Part shown: in pieces, positions 58,831 through 64,000 of the stretch
Layout: the number at the start of each line of letters is the position of its first letter
How positions within the stretch are numbered: the first letter of the stretch is position 1
Source of the DNA: Vulcanimicrobiota bacterium
GTDB taxonomy: Bacteria > Vulcanimicrobiota > Vulcanimicrobiia > Vulcanimicrobiales > Vulcanimicrobiaceae
Direction of reading: 5' to 3'
DNA: 64,000 bases
Assembly: GCA_963786515.1 (NCBI GenBank)
Contig: CAWAZM010000017.1
Coordinates: 17,832-81,831, forward strand
Program-made: the position numbers and the translations under genes
The notes under the pieces: model-generated
The model's database searches: none
What the model was told of the DNA's origin: nothing
Seen by the model: the letters and a program-made list of their open reading frames with translations, nothing else

Positions 58831-59610
58831 TTAGATGGGGATCGGCCCCACCTGGGAGCCGGTAATAAACTGTTGCACGATAGGATTCATCGAGTTCTTG
58901 ATACCCTCGACGGTGTCGCAGGCGATGACGGCGCCTTCGAACAGCATCGCTACGTAATCGGCCATGGCGTAGATGGAATCCATGTCGTGCGAGATCACGA
59001 CCGCCGTGCCGTTCAGCTTGCCGCGTAACTTCTTGATGGTGTTCGTAATTAGGCCGGTGACCACCGGGTCCAAGCCCGTCGTCGGCTCGTCGTACAGCAC
59101 CAGATCCGGCGTGGTGACGATGGCGCGCGCGAACCCGGCACGCTTGAGCATGCCGCCCGAAAGCTCGCTCGGCAGGTTGTCGAACGTGTGCTCCAACCCG
59201 ACGCTGTCGAGCGAATCCATGACGGTCTGCCGGATCTGGGCGTCGTTCATACCCCCTCGCTCTTGGAGCGGGAGGGCAACGTTTTCCCCGACCGTCAAAC
59301 TGTCCAACAGCGCCGCAAACTGAAAGGCGAGGCTGATTTTCCGCCGCGCCGGGATGAGCTGCTCCTCGGTCATGTGGCAGATGTCTTTTCCGCGCAGGTA
59401 CACGTGCCCCGAGCTCGGACGAATCAGCCCGTCGAGAAGTCGCAAGATCGTCGATTTGCCCGCGCCGGATAAACCGACGATGCACGTAATCGCGCCCTCG
59501 ACGATGTCGAGGTTGCAGTTCTTGAGCACGATGCGATCGCCGAACGAGAGCGACACGTCGTCGAGACGCGCGATAACGTTCGAAGCGGGCTCAGGCATGC
59601 CGCTGGTCAT
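58831..59610 (-). CDS. mlaF: Mla-type ABC transporter ATP-binding protein
   Basis: GLSGAGKSTILRLL Walker A, LSGGMLKRAGFARA signature, LVLYDEPTTGLD Walker B. The ATG at 59610 overlaps the mlaE stop (ATGA). Confidence 0.9.
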   Translation of the reverse strand: MTSGMPEPASNVIARLDDVSLSFGDRIVLKNCNLDIVEGAITCIVGLSGAGKSTILRLLDGLIRPSSGHVYLRGKDICHMTEEQLIPARRKISLAFQFAALLDSLTVGENVALPLQERGGMNDAQIRQTVMDSLDSVGLEHTFDNLPSELSGGMLKRAGFARAIVTTPDLVLYDEPTTGLDPVVTGLITNTIKKLRGKLNGTAVVISHDMDSIYAMADYVAMLFEGAVIACDTVEGIKNSMNPIVQQFITGSQVGPIPI

Positions 59611-60384
59611 CCTCCGAACAGCAAGAACGAAAGCGTGAAGTTCGAGATAAAGATCATGATGATCGCTATAACCACGGCGCCGGTCGTGGAGACGCCGACG
59701 CCCGCCGCGCCGCCCTTGGTGGTCAATCCCTGATAGGCACCGATCATCGCGATGATGATCGCGAAGACGAACGTTTTGACCAAGCCCTTGAGCACGTCGC
59801 CGATACCGATCGTCTGCCGGACCGAGGCGATGAACGTGTTGACCGAAATGTGCGCGTAGGTTTGCGGCGATCCAGCCGCCGCCGACGATCGAAATGACGT
59901 CGGCAAAAATCGTCAAGAGCGGCAGCATCAATAGCAACGCGAGAAGCCGCGGCACCACCAAGTAGCGCGCCGGCTCGATCCCCATCGAGCGCAGAGCCTC
60001 GATCTGTTCGGTTACGACCATAGAGCCGATCTCTGCCGCAATCGCAGCGCCGACTCGTCCTGCGACGACCACTGCCGTCAGCATCGGTCCCAGCTCGCGC
60101 ACCGAACCGTACGCGACCGCGCCACCCACCAAATTGCCGACGCCGTACTGCACCGCCTGCTGGGCGGACTCGAGCGAAATCACCATGCCGGTAAAGAGCG
60201 ATGTTAACAACACGATGATGGTCGACTGGACGCCCAACAAATACGCCTGTGCGATCGTTTCGTTGAAGCGCACGCGCAAGCGTATGATAAATCCGGCCGA
60301 CTCGGCCGACAGCAACGTTAACCCGCCGGCATACTCGAAGAAGTTGATGGTGGCCCGACCCACGCGGTCGAGCATGCGCATCAT
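59607..60384 (-). pseudogene. mlaE: Mla-type ABC permease, one frame break near 59855-59880
   Basis: The N-terminal 185 aa are in the frame of the 517-aa ORF ([20 protein letters not shown]...IVGGGWIAA). The C-terminal part, HISVNTFIASVRQTIGIGDVLKGLVKTFVFAIIIAMIGAYQG...LLFGG, is in ORF 59607-59906. Confidence 0.8.
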
Positions 60385-60722
60385 GCCGGTAACTCCAGCA
60401 GCTGCACGGCCTGCCCCAGAACGCCTTCGGCTCCCTCGATGCGCTTGACCGCGACCGCACGTTCGGCCGTCAGATTGAACTGCACTTGATTGAGATCGAC
60501 GAGCCGGCGATCGACATCGCGCAGATGCCCGCGAGCCTCACGTGCGAAGCCGTCGAAATAGTGCCGCACGGCTTGCAGGTAGCGCGAGGCGGCGCCGGCG
60601 CTCGCATCGCCACTCGCTAGCACGCGCTCGAAGTCGTCCTGGGCGCGCCGCATAGCACGATCGGTGATATGAAACTCGCCGACCCGCGCGGCCAACGCCG
60701 CGATGCGCTCGTCAACCGCCAT
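60381..60722 (-). CDS. Small helical hypothetical protein, first gene of the mla operon
   Basis: [17 protein letters not shown]..., 113 aa. Its stop overlaps the mlaE ATG (ATGA) and its start overlaps the rph stop. Confidence 0.45.
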   Translation of the reverse strand: MAVDERIAALAARVGEFHITDRAMRRAQDDFERVLASGDASAGAASRYLQAVRHYFDGFAREARGHLRDVDRRLVDLNQVQFNLTAERAVAVKRIEGAEGVLGQAVQLLELPA

Positions 60723-61437
60723 CGCCGACCGCTTGCGATTGCAGTGCAAACAGCTGGCGTATGCCGCCCTCGGCCAAATCCAACATTCCGTCGAACTGAC
60801 GGCGATCGAACGGTTCGGCCTCCGCCGTACCCTGAATCTCCACGAAGCGCCCGGCTTGCGTCATGAACACGTTCATGTCAACTTCGGCCCGGCTGTCCTC
60901 CTCGTAGGCGAGATCCAACAGCGTACGCCCGCCGACCATACCGACGCTGACCGCAGCCACCGCGCTCGATAACGGCCAACGTACGCGGTCCGTACGGTCG
61001 AACATGGTTTGGAGTGCGAGATGGAGAGCGACGTAGGCGCCGGTTACGGCCGCGGTGCGCGTACCGCCGTCGGCTTGGATGACGTCGCAGTCGATCCACA
61101 ACGTGCGCTCGCCGAGCTTACTCATATCGGTGATGGCCCGCAGCGCGCGGCCGATGATGCGTTGGATCTCGTGGGTGCGTCCGCCGATGCGGCCCTTCGA
61201 CGACTCGCGTTGGGTGCGGTCCTGCGTCGCGCGTGGCAACATCGCGTATTCGGCGGTCACCCATCCGGTGCCGCGACCCTTCATCCAGGGCGGCACGCGG
61301 TCTTCGAGCGTCGCGGCACACAGCACGCGGGTATTGCCGAAGCTCACCAGCGCGCTGCCTTCGGCATACTTCAGGAAGCCCGGCACGATGTCGACCGGCC
61401 GGAGTTCGTCGGGCGTACGCCCGTCGGCGCGCTGCAC
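60712..61437 (-). CDS. rph: Ribonuclease PH
   Basis: A GTG at 61437 gives [42 protein letters not shown]...[15 protein letters not shown]. The upstream part of the 300-aa ORF overlaps glmS out of frame and is rejected. Confidence 0.9.
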   Translation of the reverse strand: MQRADGRTPDELRPVDIVPGFLKYAEGSALVSFGNTRVLCAATLEDRVPPWMKGRGTGWVTAEYAMLPRATQDRTQRESSKGRIGGRTHEIQRIIGRALRAITDMSKLGERTLWIDCDVIQADGGTRTAAVTGAYVALHLALQTMFDRTDRVRWPLSSAVAAVSVGMVGGRTLLDLAYEEDSRAEVDMNVFMTQAGRFVEIQGTAEAEPFDRRQFDGMLDLAEGGIRQLFALQSQAVGDGG

Positions 61438-61438
61438 G

Positions 61439-63292
61439 CTATTCGACGGTGACGGTTTTTGCGAGGTTGCGGGGCTGGTCGACGTCCTTACCTTCGATGT
61501 CGGCGATGTGATACGCCAGCAACTGCAACGGAATGACGTTGACGATCGGCGACAACAGTTCGTCGACCTTCGGAACCCAGAAAACGTGGTCGGCGATTGC
61601 CGCCGCATCTTCATCGCCGTAATTCGCGACCACGATGATGGGCGCTTCGCGCGCCTTCGATTCCATCAGGTTCGACAGCATCTTCTCCCGCACGCGATCT
61701 TCGGTCATGATGCCGACAACCGGCACCGTGGAGTCGAGCAACGCGATGGGGCCGTGCTTCATTTCGCCGGCCGGATAGCCCTCGGCGTGGATGTAGGAAA
61801 TCTCTTTGAGTTTGAGTGCGCCTTCCAGGGCCGTCGGAAAGTTGACGAATCGCCCGAGAAACAGCACGCTGCGCGATTTACGAATCGATTTTGCGACCTT
61901 GCGAATGTGCGGCGAGGTGTCGAGCACCACGTCGACCGCCGCCGGCAACAGCTTCGTGCCTTCGGCGATCTCGCGCAGCCGCTCGATCGGGGTCGTGCCG
62001 CGCAGGCGCGCCAGGTACAGTGCCAACAAGGTCATCGCCGTCACTTGGGACGCGTAGGTCTTGGACGCGGCCACGCCGATTTCGGGCCCGCCACGCGTGT
62101 ACAGCGTTCCGTCGGCCAGCCGGCTGAGATGCGATCCCAGCACGTTGCAGATGCCGAGCACGGCGCTGCCCTTTTGTTTGGCGATACGGACCGCCTCGAT
62201 CGTGTCGGCCGTTTCGCCCGATTGCGACATCGCAATCACGAGGGCGCTGGGATCGATGACCGGGTCGCCGTAGCGAAACTCGCTGGCGAGTTCGGGTTCG
62301 ATCGGCAAACCGACCAGCGAACGCAACAGATACATCCCGACCAAGCCGGCGTGATAGGCGGTGCCGCAACCGGTAACCGCGATCTTGCTGATGCTGCGCA
62401 GATAGTCTTCGCTGATGTTGCCGAGCTCGCGCCCGAGATGCACGTCGCCGGCGCTATCGATGCGGCCGGCCAGCGTTTCGTGAATGACCGACGGCTGCTC
62501 GAAGACTTCTTTGAGCATGAAGTGTTTGTAGCCGCTCTTTTCGGCCGACGAGGCGTCCCACGTCACGGTAATCGGGTCGCGATGAATCGGGCGTCCGTCG
62601 TACGCGGTGAGCGTGTAGCCGTCGCTGCCGACGACCGCGATCTCGCCTTCTTGTAGGATGATTTCTTTACGCGTGTACGGCAGAATGGCCGGCGTATCGG
62701 AGGCCACGAACATCTCGCCGTCGCCGATGCCGATGACCAACGGGCTGGCGCCGTTCCGAGCGAACACCAGATGCTCGGGGTCGTCGCTGGAGATGACGCC
62801 GAGCGCGTACGCGCCGCGCACTTCGTCCAACGTGCGCCGCACCGCGCCAACGAGTCCGGCGGCCGGATCGTCTTTCAGATACGTTTCGATCAGATGGGCG
62901 AGTACTTCGGTGTCGGTCTCGCTATTGAATTCGTGGCCGGCCTCGAGCAGGCGTGCGCGCAACGGCGAATAGTTTTCGATGATGCCGTTATGCACCACGG
63001 CGATGGCGGCGCTGCAATCCAAATGCGGATGCGCGTTGGCATCCGACGGACGGCCGTGCGTCGCCCAGCGCGTGTGTCCGATACCCACGCTGCCTCGTAG
63101 CGTTTCTCCGTTGCTCAGACGCTCGGCTAGACGCGACAGCTTGCCCTCGGCCTTCGAGCCGGCGAGTTTGCCGTCGGCGTCGATGACCGCGATGCCGGCG
63201 CTATCGTAGCCGCGATATTCGAGGCGTCCGAGCGCGTCGAGGATGATCGGAACGCTGTCCTTCGGGCCGATGTACCCGACGATGCCGCACAT
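61439..63292 (-). CDS. glmS: Glutamine--fructose-6-phosphate aminotransferase
   Basis: [10 protein letters not shown]-terminal nucleophile, two SIS domains, C-terminal [11 protein letters not shown]. 617 aa, intact. Confidence 0.95.
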   Translation of the reverse strand: MCGIVGYIGPKDSVPIILDALGRLEYRGYDSAGIAVIDADGKLAGSKAEGKLSRLAERLSNGETLRGSVGIGHTRWATHGRPSDANAHPHLDCSAAIAVVHNGIIENYSPLRARLLEAGHEFNSETDTEVLAHLIETYLKDDPAAGLVGAVRRTLDEVRGAYALGVISSDDPEHLVFARNGASPLVIGIGDGEMFVASDTPAILPYTRKEIILQEGEIAVVGSDGYTLTAYDGRPIHRDPITVTWDASSAEKSGYKHFMLKEVFEQPSVIHETLAGRIDSAGDVHLGRELGNISEDYLRSISKIAVTGCGTAYHAGLVGMYLLRSLVGLPIEPELASEFRYGDPVIDPSALVIAMSQSGETADTIEAVRIAKQKGSAVLGICNVLGSHLSRLADGTLYTRGGPEIGVAASKTYASQVTAMTLLALYLARLRGTTPIERLREIAEGTKLLPAAVDVVLDTSPHIRKVAKSIRKSRSVLFLGRFVNFPTALEGALKLKEISYIHAEGYPAGEMKHGPIALLDSTVPVVGIMTEDRVREKMLSNLMESKAREAPIIVVANYGDEDAAAIADHVFWVPKVDELLSPIVNVIPLQLLAYHIADIEGKDVDQPRNLAKTVTVE

Positions 63293-63310
63293 GTGTTTGC
63301 TCTCCCGGGG

Positions 63311-63583
63311 TTACTTGATGCCTTCGCGCGTGCGATGGTATGCGATCTTACCTTCGGCGATTTCGTCGAGCGCGATCGAGACGGCCTTGTTCGGGTTGAT
63401 CGAGTCCCGGTGGACCAGCGGCTCGCTGGCGAAATACTCACGACGCTCGGTCGTCGGCAGCTGCTGTACCCGGATCCAATTATTTAACTGGCGGGCGCGT
63501 TTCGTCGCGATATTGACCAAGCTGAACTTCGAGTCGGCGTGGACCAGCAGCGAGTCGAGATCGCCGAAGACTGATTTTTTCAT
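63311..63583 (-). CDS. rpoZ: DNA-directed RNA polymerase omega subunit
   Basis: SKFSLVNIATKRARQL motif, 90 aa, located between gmk and glmS. Confidence 0.8.
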   Translation of the reverse strand: MKKSVFGDLDSLLVHADSKFSLVNIATKRARQLNNWIRVQQLPTTERREYFASEPLVHRDSINPNKAVSIALDEIAEGKIAYHRTREGIK

Positions 63584-63628
63584 GATAGTAAGGGTTACCT
63601 TATTCCGTTTGGTGTGCGCGTCCGCGCG

Positions 63629-64000
63629 CTATGAGCGTCGCACCTGATTCAGCGAGTCGTCGCTGTACCGGTGGATGCGAAAGCGTTCGGCTCGGAGGAT
63701 CGCCTCCAAATCGTACTCCGCATCGTCTTGGCGGTCTTGTTCGTTGACCACGATGTAGTCGAATCGCCGGATCGACTCCATCTCTCGGTGAGCGATTGCG
63801 AGACGGCTCGCGATCTCTTCGTTCGTTTCCGTTCGCCGTGCGAGCAACCGTTCGCGCAAATGCGAGAAGCGGCTTGGAACGAGAAAGATCAACACTGCGT
63901 CTGGATACGCGGCTTGGATGGCCAGCGCACCATTCACCTCGGGCTTGATAATGACGTCGTCACCCACCGCCACCGTCTGCTCGATGTAATCGCGCGGGGT
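63629..64000 (-). CDS. gmk: Guanylate kinase, C-terminal part (N-terminus beyond the window)
   Basis: The frame is open to position 64000. DDVIIKPEVNGALAIQAAYPDAVLIFLVP ... RLLARRTETNEEIASRL ... FDYIVVNE. Confidence 0.8.
   Translation of the reverse strand, partial: TPRDYIEQTVAVGDDVIIKPEVNGALAIQAAYPDAVLIFLVPSRFSHLRERLLARRTETNEEIASRLAIAHREMESIRRFDYIVVNEQDRQDDAEYDLEAILRAERFRIHRYSDDSLNQVRRS

Noticed and set aside
58831-60384. Possible novel fused MlaE-MlaF protein (517 aa)
   Set aside because: The middle section is compositionally nonsense. The real MlaE C-terminus is in another frame and ends in an ATGA overlap with the mlaF start.
61055-62656. 533-aa ORF on the plus strand
   Set aside because: It is antisense to glmS and rph, Arg/Gly/Asp-rich and has no recognisable domain. 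The opposite strand encodes textbook GlmS.
63293-63310. glmS ribozyme upstream of glmS
   Set aside because: Only 18 nt separate the glmS start from the rpoZ stop, so a ribozyme leader does not fit.
1-64000. CRISPR arrays, rRNA genes, transposases/IS elements, toxin-antitoxin pairs or classical defence genes
   Set aside because: I found no regularly spaced short direct repeats, no rRNA-like sequence and no transposase, nuclease, helicase or reverse-transcriptase motifs while reading the ORF track. The search was by eye only, so short or degenerate elements could have been missed.

Overview
GC-rich bacterial chromosomal segment, densely coded, with about 75 genes. All calls come from reading the six-frame track and the DNA by eye; no searches were run. 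The organism is clearly diderm: the window encodes a secretin, an Mla lipid-transport operon and many lipobox lipoproteins. I cannot assign a taxon.

Layout:
- 1-12.0 kb: a translationally coupled operon of about 15 genes for a type IV pilus / T2SS-like machine. The gene order is pilB-like, pilT, pilC, a group-3 sigma factor, a hypothetical, a prepilin, a CcdA/DsbD-like protein, a TPR protein, a prepilin peptidase, pilM, N-, O- and P-like genes, and a pilQ secretin.
- 12.1-21.5 kb: an accessory block of lipoproteins, small redox and detox enzymes, a TetR unit and an S53 peptidase.
- 21.5-27.6 kb: aroC-aroK-aroB, a DUF4259-like gene and priA.
- 27.7-31.8 kb: three tandem paralogous S53 (sedolisin-type) lipoprotein peptidases, each with a related terminator.
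- 31.9-37.3 kb: a phospholipase C/phosphoesterase, an SDR, thrE, rpsT and rsgA.
- 37.3-41.7 kb: hyp-cdaA-cdaR-glmM, then a c-di-AMP (ydaO-class) riboswitch in front of an NlpC/P60 hydrolase, then tRNA-Gln.
- 41.9-57.2 kb: mixed housekeeping and accessory genes.
- 57.2-60.7 kb: an mlaE-mlaF-mlaD operon whose MlaD is very long and ends in an outer-membrane-type beta-signal.
- 60.7-64.0 kb: rph, glmS, rpoZ and partial gmk.

Main caveat: I found at least 13 single-base frame breaks and one in-frame TGA, including breaks in essential or strongly conserved genes (glmM twice, cdaR, mlaE). Either the consensus contains indel errors or there is real gene decay, and the sequence alone cannot decide. No CRISPR array, rRNA, transposase or prophage module was seen.
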